From: the human T2T-CHM13v2.0 reference genome, Homo sapiens
Assembly (NCBI RefSeq): GCF_009914755.1
Contig: NC_060933.1
Strand: one strand, 5' to 3'
Length of the DNA: 64,000 bases
A program made the position numbers and the translations under genes. Each line of letters begins with the position of its first letter. Position 1 is the stretch's first letter. Under the pieces are notes generated by a model. It saw nothing but the letters and a program-made list of their open reading frames with translations, was not told where the DNA came from and made no database searches. This document shows, piece after piece, positions 1 through 12,876 of the stretch.

Positions 1-3000
1 CAATCGAGTTGATTCCATTCCATTCCATTCCATTCCATTCCATTCCTTTCCATTCCATTCCTTTCCATTCCATTACAGATGATTCCATTCCATTGCATTC
101 CATTCCATTCCATTCCCGTGCACTCGCGTTGATTCCATTCCATTCCATTCCATTCCGTTCCATTCCGTTCCGTTCCGTTCCGTTCCGTTCCATTCCATTC
201 CATTCCATTCCGTTCCGTTCCGTTCCGTTCCGTTCCGTTCCGTTCCATTCCATTCCATTCTATTCAGGTTAATTCCATTCCATTCCATTCTATTGCAATC
301 GAGTGGATTCCATTCCATTCCATTCCATTCCATTCCATTCCTTTCCATTCCAATACGGATGATTCCATTCCATTGCATTCCATTCCATTCCATTCCCCTG
401 TGCTCCAGTTGATTCCATTCCATTCCATTCCAATCCATGCCATTCCACTCGTGTTGCTTCCATTCTTTCCATTCCATTCAAGATGAATCCATTCCATTGC
501 ATTCCATTCCATTCGATTCCATTCGATTGCACTCGGGTTGATTCCATTCCATTTCATTCCATTCCATTCCATTCCATTCCATTCCATTCCATTCCGTTCC
601 ATTCCATTCCATTACATACGGATTGATTCTATTCAATTCCCTTACACTCCATTCCATTCCATTCCATTCCATTCCGGTACTTTCCATTCCATTCCATTCC
701 ATTCCATTCCTCTCCATTCCTTTGCACTCGAGTTGATTCCATTCCATTGCATTCCATTCCATTCCATTCAATTACATTGGGTTCCATTCCATTCCATTAC
801 ATTCGGATTGATTCTATTCAACTCCCTTACTCTCCAATACATTCCATTCCATTCGGGTTGTTCCATTCCATTCCATTCCATTCCACTCCATTCCATTGCA
901 CTCGGGTTGATTCCAATCCATTCCATTCCATTCCATTCCATTCCATTCCATTCCACTCCATTCCGGATGATTCCATTCCATTGCATTCCGTTCCATTACA
1001 TTCCCCTGCACTCGGGTTGATTCCATTCCATTCCATTCCATTCCATTCCATTCCATTCCATTCCAATTCTTTCCATTCTATTGTATTCCGTACCATTCCA
1101 TTCCATTGCATACAATTCCATTCCATTCCATTCCATTCCATTCCATTCCGTTCCGTTCCGTTCCGTTCCGTTCCATTCCATTCCATTCCATTCTATTCGG
1201 GTTAATTCCATTCCATTCCATTCGATTGCAATCGAGTTGATTCCATTCCATTCCATTCCACTCCATTCCATTCCATTCCATTCAATTCCACTCCATTCCA
1301 TTCCTTTCCATTACATTACGGATGATTCCATTCCATTGCATTCCATTCCATTCCATTCCCCTGTACTCGGGTTGATTCCATTCCATTCCATTCCAATCCA
1401 TGCCATTCCACTCGTGTTGGTTCCATTCTTTCCATTCCATTCAAGTTGAATCCATTCCATTGCATTCCATTCCATTCGATTCCATTCGATTGCACTCGGG
1501 TTGATTCCATTCCATTCCATTCCATTCCATTCCATTCCATTCCATTCCGTTCCATTCCATTCCATTACATTCGGATTGATTCTATTCAATTCCCTTACAC
1601 TCCATTACATTCCATTCCATTCGGGTAGTTTCCATTCCATTCCATTCCATTCCTCTCCATTCCATTGCACTCGGGTTGATTCCATTCCATTCCATTCCAT
1701 TCCATTCCATTCCATTCCGTATGATTCCATTCCATTGAATTCCATTCCATTCCATTCCCCTGCACTTGGGTTGATTCCATTCCATTGCATTCCATTCCTT
1801 TCTGTTCCATTCCATTCCATTCCATTCCATTCTATTCGTGTTAATTCCATTCATTCTATTCCATTCCATTCCATTGAAATCGAGTTGATTCCATTCCATT
1901 CCATTCCATTTCATTCCATTCCATTCTATTCCATTCCGGATGATTCCATTCCATTGCATTCCATTCCATTCCATTCCCCTGCACTCGGGTTGATTCCATT
2001 CCATTCCATTCCATTACATTCCGTTCCATTCCATTCCATTCCATTCTATTCGGGTTATATCCATTCCATTCCATTCCACTCCATACCAGTCCTTTCCATT
2101 CCATTCCACTCGAGTTGATTCCATTCTACTCCTTTCCATTCCATTCCATTCCATTGCAATCGAGTTGATTCCATTCGAGTTGAATCCATTCCATTCCATT
2201 CCATTCCATTCCATTGCACACGCGTTCATTCCATTCCATTCCATTCCATTTCATTCCATTCCATTCCATTCCATTTCATTCCATTCCATTCTATTCCGTA
2301 CCATTCCATTCCATCCCATTCCATTCCATTCCATTCCATGCCATTATACTCGGGTTGATTCCATTCCTTTCCATTCCATTCTTCTTGAATCCATTCCATT
2401 CCATTACATTCCATTCGAATCCATTCCATTGCACTCGGGTTGATTCCATTCCATTCCATTCCATTCCATTTCATTCCATTCCATTCCATCACATACGGAT
2501 TGATTCTATTCAATTCCCTTACACTGCATTACATTCCATTCCATTCGGGATGTTTCCATTCCATTCCATTCCACTCCATTCCATTGCATCGGGTTGATTG
2601 CATTCCATTCCATTCCATTCCTTTCCGGATGATTCCATTCCATTGCATTCCATTCCATTCCATTCCCCTGCACTCGGGTTGACTACATTCCATTGCATTC
2701 CATTCCATTCGATTCCATTCCATTCCAACTCATTCCATTCCATTCTATTCCGTACCATTCCATTCCATTCCATTCCATACCATTGCATTCCATTCCATTC
2801 CATTCCCTTCCATTCCTTTCCATTACATTCCATTCCATTCTATTCCATTCCATTCCATTCTGTTCCATTCCATTCCATTGCATTCTATTCGGGTTAATTC
2901 CATTCCATTCCATTCCATTCCATTCCATTCCATTCCATTCCGGATGATTCCATTCCATTGCATTCCATTCCATTCCATTCCCCTGCACTCGGGTTGATTC

Positions 3001-3170
3001 CATTCCATTCCATTCCATTCCATTCCATTCCATTCCATTCCATTCCGTTGCATTCCATTCCATTACATTCGGATTGATTCTATTCAACTCCCTTACTCTC
3101 CATTACATTCCATTCCATTCGGGTTGTTTCCATTCCATTGCATTCCATTCCATTCCATTCCATTCCCTAT

Positions 3171-3270
3171 GATTCCATTCCATTGCATTCCATTCCATTC
3201 CATTCCCCTGCATTTGGGTTGATTCCATTCCATTGCATTCCATTCCATTCCATTCCCCTGCATTTGGGTT
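3171..3270 (+). repeat. 50-bp tandem duplication
   Basis: gattccattccattgcattccattccattccattcccctgcatttgggtt occurs twice, carrying the rare variant catttgggtt. Confidence 0.9.
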
Positions 3271-6200
3271 GATTCCATTCCATTCCATTCCATTCCATTC
3301 CATTCCATTCCATTCCATTCCATTCCATTTCGTTCCATTCCATTCTGTTAGGTACCATTCCATTCCATTCCATTCCATTCCATTCCATTCCACTCCTTTC
3401 CGTGCGATTCCACTCGGGTTGATTCCATTCCTTTTCATTCCAATCGGGTTCAATCCATTCCATTCCATTCCATTCCATTCCCTTCCATTCCACTCGATTC
3501 CCTGCCATTCCATTCCATTCCATTCCATTCTATTCCATTCCATTCCATTCCTTTGCATTCCATTCCACATGGGTTGATTCCATTCCATTCCTTTCCATTC
3601 CATTCCATTCCCTTGCATTCCACTCCGGTTGATTCCATTCCTTTCCTTCCACTCCATTACATTTCCTTCCATTCCACTCGGAATGATTGATTCCATTCCA
3701 TTCCATTCCCTTTCATTACATTGCATTCCATTCCAATCCATTCCATTCCATTCCATTCCACTCGAGTTGATTCCATTCCGTTCCTTTCCATTCCATTCCA
3801 TTCCATTCCTTTCCATTCCATTCCACTCGGGTTGATTCCATTCTATTCCTTTCCATTCCATTCCATTCCCTTCCATTCCACTCTGGTTGATTCCATTCCT
3901 TTCCATTCCACTCGAATACATTCCCTTCTATTCCACTCGGAATGATTCCATTCCATTCCATTTGATTCCATTCCATTCCATTCCACTCCATTCCTTTTCG
4001 TTCCATTCCATTCTATCCCGTACTATTCCATTCCATTCCATTCCATTCTATTCCATTCCATTCCATGCCATTCCACTCGGGTTGATTCCATAGCTTTCCA
4101 TTCCATTCGGGTTGAATCCGTTCAATTCCATTCCTTTCCATTCCATTGCATTCCATTCCATTCCATTCCATTCCATTAGGATTGATTCTATTCAATTCCC
4201 TTACACTCCATTACATTCCATTCCATTCCGGTAGTTTCCATTCCATTCCATTCCATACCATTCCACTGCGTTCCATTGCACTCTGGTTGATTCCATTCCA
4301 TTCCATTCCATTCCATTCCATTCCATTTCATTCCGGTTGATTCCATTCTATTGCTTTGCATTCCATTCCATTCCCTTGCACTCGGGTTGATTCCATCCCA
4401 TTCCATTCCATTCCATTCCATTCCATTCCGTTCCATTCCATTCCGTTCCATTCCATTCTGATCGGGTTAATTCCACTCCATTCCATTCCATTCCATTCCA
4501 TTGCAATCGAGTTGATTCCATTCCATTCCATTCCATTCCACTCCATTCCATTCCATTCCATTTCGTTCCAAACCATTCTATTCCGAACCATTCCATTCCA
4601 TTCCATTCCATTCCATTCCATTCCATTCCATGCCATTCCACTCGGGTTGATTCCATTCCATTCCATTCCATTCGGATTGAATCCATTCCGTTCCATTCCA
4701 TTCTATTACATTCCATTCCATTGCACTCGGGTTGATTTCATTCCATTACATTCCATTCCATTCCATTCCATTCCATTCCGTTCCATTCCATTTCATTACA
4801 TTGAGATTGATTCTCTTCAATTCCCTTACACTCCATTATATTCCAATCCATTCTGGTTGTTTCCATTCCATTCCATTCCATTTCACTCGATTCCATTGTA
4901 CTCAGGTTGATTCCATTCCATTCCATTCCATTCCATTCCATTCCATTACATTCCGGATAATTCCATTCCATTGCATTCCATTCCATTCCATTCAAATGCA
5001 TTCGGGTTGATTCCATTCCATTCCATTCCATTTCGTTCCATTCCATTCTGTTAGGTACCATTCGATTCCATTCCATTCCATTCGAATCCCTTCCATTGCG
5101 GTTGATTCCATGCGGTTGATTCCATTGAACTGCATTCCATTCCATTCCATTTTCTTGCACTCGGGTTGATTCCATCCCATTCCATTCCATTCCATTCCAT
5201 TCCATTCCGTTGCATTCCATTCCACTACATTCGGATTGATTCTATTCAACTCCCTTACTCTCCATTACATTCCATTCCATTCGGGTTGTTCCATTCCATT
5301 CCATTCCATTCCACTCCATTCCATTGCACTCGGGTTGATTCCATTCCTTTCCATTCCATTCCATTCCATTCCATTCCATTCCATTCCATTCCTTTCCATT
5401 ACATTACGGATGATTCCATTCCATTGCATTCCATTCCATTCCATTCCCCTGTACTCGGGTTGATTCCATTCCATTCCATTCCATTCCATTCCATGCCATT
5501 CCACTCGTGTTGATTCCATTCTTTCCATTCCATTCAAGTTGAATGCATTCCATTGCATTCCATTCCATTCGATTCCATTCGATTGCACTCGGGTTGATTC
5601 CATTCTATTGCATTCCATTCCATTCCATTCCATTCCATTCCATTCCGTTCCATTCCATTCCATTACATTCGGATTGATTCTATTCAATTCCCTTACACTC
5701 CATGACATTCCATTCCATTCGGGTAGTTTCCATTCCATTCCATTCCATTCCTCTCCATTCCATTGCACTCGGGTTGATTCCATTCCATTCCATTCCATTC
5801 CATTCCATTCCAATCCATTCCATTCCGGATGATTCCATTCCATTGAATTCCATTCCATTCCATTCCCGTGCACTTGGGTTGATTCCATTCCATTCCATTC
5901 CATTCCTTTCCGTTCCATTCCATTCCATTCCATTCCATTCCATTCCTTTCCATTCCATTACGGATGATTCCATTCCATTGCATTCCATTCCATTCCATTC
6001 CCCTGCACTCGGGTTGAATACATTCCATTCCATTCCATTACATTCCGTTCCATTCCATTCCATTCCATTCTCTTCGGGTTAATTCCATTCCATTCCATTC
6101 CACTCCATTCCAGTCCTTTCCATTCCATTCCACTCGGGTTGATTCCATTCTATTCCTTTCCATTCCATTCCATTCCATTGCAATCGAGTTGATTCCATTC

Positions 6201-8877
6201 GAGTTGAATCCCTTCCATTCCATTCCATTCCATTACATTGCACTCGGATTCATTCCATTCCATTTCATTCCGTTCCATTCCATTCCATTCCATTTCATTC
6301 CATTCCATTCTATTCCGTACCATTCCATTCCATCCCATTCCATTCCATTCCATTCCATTCCATGCCATTACACTCGGGTTGATTCCATTCCTTTGCATTC
6401 CATTCTTGTTGAATCCATTCCATTCCATTCCATTCCATTCCATTCGAATCCATTCCATTGCACTCGGGTAGATTCCATTCCATTCCATTCCATTCCATTT
6501 CATTCCATCCCATTCCATTACATTCGGATTGATTCTATTCAATTCCCTTACACTCCATTACATTCCACTCCAATCCATTCGGGCTGTTTCCATTCCATTC
6601 CATTCCATTCCACTCCATTCCATTGCATTGGGTTGATTGCATTCCATTCCATTCCATTCCATTCCGTATGATTCCATTCCATTGCATTCCATTCCATTCC
6701 ATTCCCTTGCACTCGGATTGATTACATTCCACTCCATTCCCTTCCATTCCTTTCCATTCCATTCCATTCCATTGCAATCGAGTAGATTCCATTCCATTCC
6801 ATTCCATTCCATTCCATTCCATTCCATTCCATTCCGGATGACTCCATTCCATTGCATTCCATTCCATTCCATTCCCCTGCACTCGGGTTGATTCCATTCC
6901 ATTTCATTCCATTACATTCCGTTCCATTCCATTCCATTCCATTCTATTCGTGTTAATTCCATTCCATTCAGTTCCATTCCATTCCATTCCATTCCATTGC
7001 GTTCCATTCCATTCCATTCCACTCCATTCCATTCCATTCCATTCCATTCCATTCCATTCCAATCGATTTGATTCCATTCCATTCCATTCCATTCCAGTCC
7101 ATTCCAGTCCTTTCCTTTCCATTCCACTCGGGTTGATTCCATTCTATTACTTTCCTTTCCATTTCATTCCATTCGAATCCATTCCATTGCACTCGGTTTG
7201 ATTCCATTCCATTCCATTCCATTCCATTTCATTCCATTCCATTCCATTACATTCGGACTGATTCTATTCAATTCCCTTACACTCCATTACGTTCCATTCC
7301 ATTCGGGATTTTTCCATTCCATTCCATTCCATTCCATTCCATTCCATTCCATTGCATCGGGTTTATTCCATTCCATTCCATTCCATTCCATTCCGGATGA
7401 TTCCATTCCATTGCATTCAATTCCATTCCATTCCCCTGCACTTGGGTTGATTACATTCCTTTCCATTCCCTTCCATTGCTTTCTATTCCATTCCATTCCA
7501 TTCTATTCGGGTTAATTCCATTCCATTCCATTCCACTCCATTCCATTCCATTCCATTCCATTGCAATCGAGTTGATTCCATTCCATTCCATTCCATTCCG
7601 TTCGATTGCAATCGAGTTGATTCCATTCCATTCCATTCCATTCCATTCCATTCCATTCCTTTCCATTCCATTACGGATGTTTCCATTCCATTGCATTCCA
7701 TTCCATTCCATTCCCCTGTACTCGGGTTGATTCCCTTCCATTCCATTCCAATCCATGCCATTCCACTCGTGTTGATTCCATTCTTTCCATTCCATTCAAG
7801 TTGAATCCATTCCATTGCATTCTATTCCATTCGATTCCATTCGATTGCACTCGGGTTGATTCCATTCCATTGCTTTCCATTCCATTCCATTCAATTCCAT
7901 TCCGTTCCATTCCATTTCATTACATTCAGATTGATTCTATTCAATTCCCTTACACTGCATTATATTCCAATCCATTCTGGTTGTTTCCATTCCATTCCAT
8001 TCCATTTCACTCCATTCCATTGCACTCGGGTTAATTCCATTCCATTCCATTCCATTCCATTCCGGATGATTCCATTCCATTGCATTCCATTCCTTTCCAT
8101 TCCCCTGCACTCGGGTTGATTCCATTCCATTCCATTACATTACATTCCGTTCCATTCCATTCCATTCCATTCGGATTGATTCTATTCTATTCTCTTACAC
8201 TCCATTACATTCCATTCAATTCGGTTAGTTTCCATTCCTTTCCATTCCATTCCTCTCTATTCCAATGCACTCGGGTTGATTCCATTCCATTCCATTCCAT
8301 TCCATTGTACTCGGGTTGATTCCATTCCATTTCATTCCATTCCATTCCATTCCATTCCATTCCATTCCATTCCATTCCATTCCGATCCATTCCATTCCAT
8401 TACATTCGGATTGATTCTATTCAACTCCCTTACTCTCCATTACATTCCATTCCATTCGGGTTGTTCCATTGCATTCCATTCCATTCCACTCCATTCCGTT
8501 GCACTCGGGTTGATTCCATTCCATTCCATTCCATTCCATTCCATTCCATTCCATTCCGGATGATTCCATTCCATTGCATTCCGTTCCATTACATTCCCCT
8601 GCACTCGGGTTGATTCCATTCCATTCCATTCGATTCCATTCGATTCCATTCCATTCTAATTCGTTCCATTCCATTCTATTCCGTACCATTCCATTCCATT
8701 CCATACCATTCCATTCCATTCCATTCCATTCCATTCCATTCCATTCCGTTCCATTCCGTTCCATTCCATTCCATTCCATTCTATTCGGGTTAATTCTATT
8801 CCATTCCATTCCATTCCATTCTATTCCATTCCATTGCAATCGAGTTGAATCCATTGCATTCCATTCCATTCCATTCC

Positions 8878-8892
8878 ATTCCGGAAGATTCC
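8878..8892. promoter_or_regulatory. Perfect three-unit heat-shock element motif aTTCc-gGAAg-aTTCc (first of 34 in the window)
   Basis: The sequence attccggaagattcc matches nTTCnnGAAnnTTCn. The motif match is direct; HSF1 binding at this site is inference. Confidence 0.5.
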
Positions 8893-9289
8893 ATTCCATT
8901 GCAATCCATTCCATTCCATTCCCCTGCACTCGCGTTGATTCCATTCCATTCCATTCCATTCCATTCCATTCCGTTCCGTTCCGTTCCATTCCATTGCATT
9001 CCATTCCGTTCCGTTCCGTTCCGTTCCATTCCATTCCATTCTATTCGGGTTAATTCCATTCCATTCCATTCGATTGCAATCAAGTTAATTCCATTCCATT
9101 CCATTCCATTCCATTCCATTCCATTCCATTCCATTCCTTTCCATACCATTACGGATGATTCCATTCCATTGCATTCCATTCCATTCCATTCCCCTGTACT
9201 CGGGTTGATTCCATTCCATTCCATTCCATTCCATTCCGTTCTGTTCCGTTCCATTCCATTCCATTCCATTCCATTCCATTCCATTCCAT

Positions 9290-11010
9290 TCCGTTCCGTT
9301 CCATTCCATTCCATTCCATTCCATTCTATTCTGGTTTATTCCATTCCATTCCATTCCATTGCAATCGAGTTGATTCCATTCCATTCCATTCCATTCCATT
9401 CCATTCCTTTCCATTACATTACGGATGATTCCATTCCGTTTCATTCCATTCCATTCCATTCCCCTGTACTCGGGTTGATTCCATTCCATTCCATTCAAAT
9501 CCATTCCATTCCACTCGTGTTGATTCCATTCTTTCCATTCCATTCAAGATGAATCCATTCCATTGCAATCCATTCCATTCGATTCCATTCGATTGCACTC
9601 GTGTTGATGCCATGGCATTGCATTCCATTCCATTCCATTCCATTCCATTCCATTCCATTCCTTTCCATTCCATTCCATTCCATTCGGATGCATTCTATTC
9701 AATTCGCTTACACTCCATTACATTACATTGCATTCGGGTAGTTTCCATTCCATTCCATTCCATTCCATTCCTCTCCATTCCATTGCACTCGTTTTGATTC
9801 CATTCCATTCCATTCCATTCCATTCCATTCCATTCCATTCCGGATGATTCCATTCCATGGAATTCCATTGCATTCCATTCCCCTGCACTTGGGTTGATTC
9901 CATTCCATTCCATTGCATTCCTTTCTGTTCCATTCCATTCCATTCCATTCCATTCCATTCCATTCTATTCGTGTTAATTCCATTCCATTCGATTCCATTC
10001 CATTCCATTGAAATTGAGTTGATTCCATTCCATTCAATTCCATTCCATTCCATTCCATTCCATTCCGTTCCGTTCCGTTCTGTTCCGTTCCTTTCCATTC
10101 CATTCCATTCCATTCTATTCGGGTTAATTCCATTCCATTCCATTCGATTGCAATCGAGTTGATTCCATTCCATTCCATTCCATTCCGTTCCGTTCCATTC
10201 CATTCCATTCCATTCCATTCTATTCTGGTTTATTCCATTCCATTCCATTCGATTGCAATCGAGTTGATTCCATTCCATTCCATTCCATTCCATTCCATTC
10301 CATTCCACTCCATTCCTTTCCAATACATTACGGATGATTCCATTCCGTTTCATTCCATTCCATTCCATTCCCCTGTACTCGGGTTGATTCCATTCCATTC
10401 CATTCAAATCCATGCCATTCCACTCGTGTTGATTCCATTCTTTCCATTCCATTCAAGATGAATCCATTCCATTGCATTCCATTCCATTCGATTCCATTCG
10501 ATTCACTCGTGTTGATTCCATGGCATTGCATTCCATTCCATTCCATTCCATTCCATTCCATTCCATTCCATTCTTTCCATGCCATTCCAATCCATTCGGA
10601 TGCATTCTATTCAATTCCCTTACACTCCATTACATTACATTGCATTCGGGTAGTTTCCATTCCATTCCATTCCATTCCATTCCTCTCCATTCCATTGCAC
10701 TCGGGTTGATTCCATTCCATTCCATTCCATTCCATTCCATTCCGGATGATTCCATTCCATGGAATTCCATTGCATTCCATTCCCCTGCACTTGGGTTGAT
10801 TCCATTCCATTCCATTCCATTCCTTTCTGTTCCATTCCATTCCATTCCATTCCATTCCATTCCATTCCATTCCATTCCTTTCCATTCCATTCCATTCCAT
10901 TCCATTCCATTCCGTTCCGTTCTGTTCCGTTACGTTCCATTCCATTCCATTCCATTCTATTCGGGTTAATTCCATTCCATTCCATTCGATTGCAATCGAG
11001 TTGATTCCAT
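9290..11010 (+). repeat. Tandem duplication of a ~0.9 kb unit
   Basis: Offsets of 894-909 (ORFs 9549/10458, 9857/10759). Diagnostic words occur twice: tctggtttatt, ccgtttcatt, catggcattg, cggatgcattct, ccatggaattcc. Confidence 0.85.
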
Positions 11011-11151
11011 TCCATTCCATTCCACTCCATTCCATTCCATTCCATTCCATTCCATTCCTTTCCATTACATTACGGATGATTCCATTCCATTGCATTCCAT
11101 TCCATTCCATTCCCCTGTACTTGGGTTGATTCCATTTCATTCCATTCCATT

Positions 11152-11289
11152 CCATGCCATTCCACTCGTGTTGATTCCATTCTTTCCATTCCATTCAAGT
11201 TGAATCCATTCCATTGCATTCCATGCCATTCCACTCGTGTTGATTCCATTCTTTCCATTCCATTCAAGTTGAATCCATTCCATTGCATT
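11152..11289 (+). repeat. 69-bp perfect tandem duplication
   Basis: ccatgccattccactcgtgttg...caagttgaatccattccattgcatt occurs at 11152 and 11221. It shows as a 23-aa repeat in ORF 11137..11373. Confidence 0.95.
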
Positions 11290-12876
11290 CCATTCCATTC
11301 GATTCCATTCGATTGCACTCGGGTTGTTTCCATTCCATTGCATTCCATTCCATTCCATTCCATTCCGTTCCATTCCATTCCATTACATTACATTCGGATT
11401 GATTCTATTCAATTCCCTTACACTCCATTACATTACATTCCATTCGGGTAGTTTCCATTCCATTCCCTTCCATTCCGGATGATTCCATTCCATTGAATTC
11501 CATTCCATTCCATTCCCCTGCACTTGGGTTGATTCCATTCCATTCCAATCCATTACATTCCTTTCAGTTCCATTCCATTCCATTCCATTCCATTCCATTC
11601 CATTCCATTCTATTCGTGTTAATTCCATTCCATTCTATTCCATTCCATTCCATTGAAATCGACTTGAATCCATTCCATTCCATTCCATTCCATTCCATTC
11701 CATTCCATTCCATTCCGGATGATTCCATTCCATTGCATTCCAATCCATTCCATTCCCCTGCACTCGGGTTGAATCCATTCCATTCCATTCCATTACATTC
11801 CGTTCCATTCCATTCCATTCCATTCTATTCGGGTTAATTCCATTCCATTCCATTCCACTCCATTCCAGTCCTTTCCATTCCACTCCACTCGGGTTGATTC
11901 CATTCTATTCCTTTCCATTCCATTCCATTCCATTGCAATCGAGTTGATTCCATTCGAGTTGAATCCATTCCATTCCATTCCATTCCATTACATTGCACAC
12001 GGGTTCATTCCATTCCATTCCATTCCATTCCATCCAATTCCATTCCATTCCATTCCATTGCATTCCATGCCATTGCACTCGGGTTGATTCCATTCCTTTC
12101 CATTCCATTCTTGTTGAATCCATTCCATTCCATTCCATTCCATTCGTATCCATTCCATTGCACTCGGGTTGATTCCATTCCATTCCATTCCAATCCATTT
12201 CATTCCATTCCATTCCATTAAATTCGGATTGATTCTGTTCAATTCCCTTACACTCCATTACATTCCATTCCATTCGGGATGTTTCCATTCCATTCCATTC
12301 CATTCCACTCCATTCCATTGCATTGGGTTGATTGCATTCCATTCCATTCCATTCCATTCCATTCCGGATGATTCCATTCCATTGCATTCCGTTCCATTCC
12401 ATTCCCCTGCACTCGGGTTGATTACATTCCACTCCATTCCCTTCCATTCCTTTCCATTCCATTCCATTCCATTACAATCGAGTTGATTCCATTCCATTCC
12501 ATTCCATTCCATTCCATTCCTTTCCATTCCGGATGATTCCATTCCATTGCGCTCCATTCCATTCCGTTCCCCTGCACTCGGGTTGATTCCATTCCATTTC
12601 ATTCCATTACATTCCGTTCCATTCCATTCCATTCCATTCTATTCGGGTTAATTCCATTCCATTCCATTCCATTCCATTCCATTCCATTCCATTCCATTCC
12701 ATTCCATTCCATTGCAATCGAGTTGATTCCATTCCATTGCATTCCATTCCATTCCATTCCATTCCAATCGATTTGATTCCATTCCATTCCATTCCATTCC
12801 AGTCCATTCCAGTCCTTTCCATTCCATTCCACTCGGGTTGATTCCATTCTATTACTTTCCATTCCATTCCATTCCA

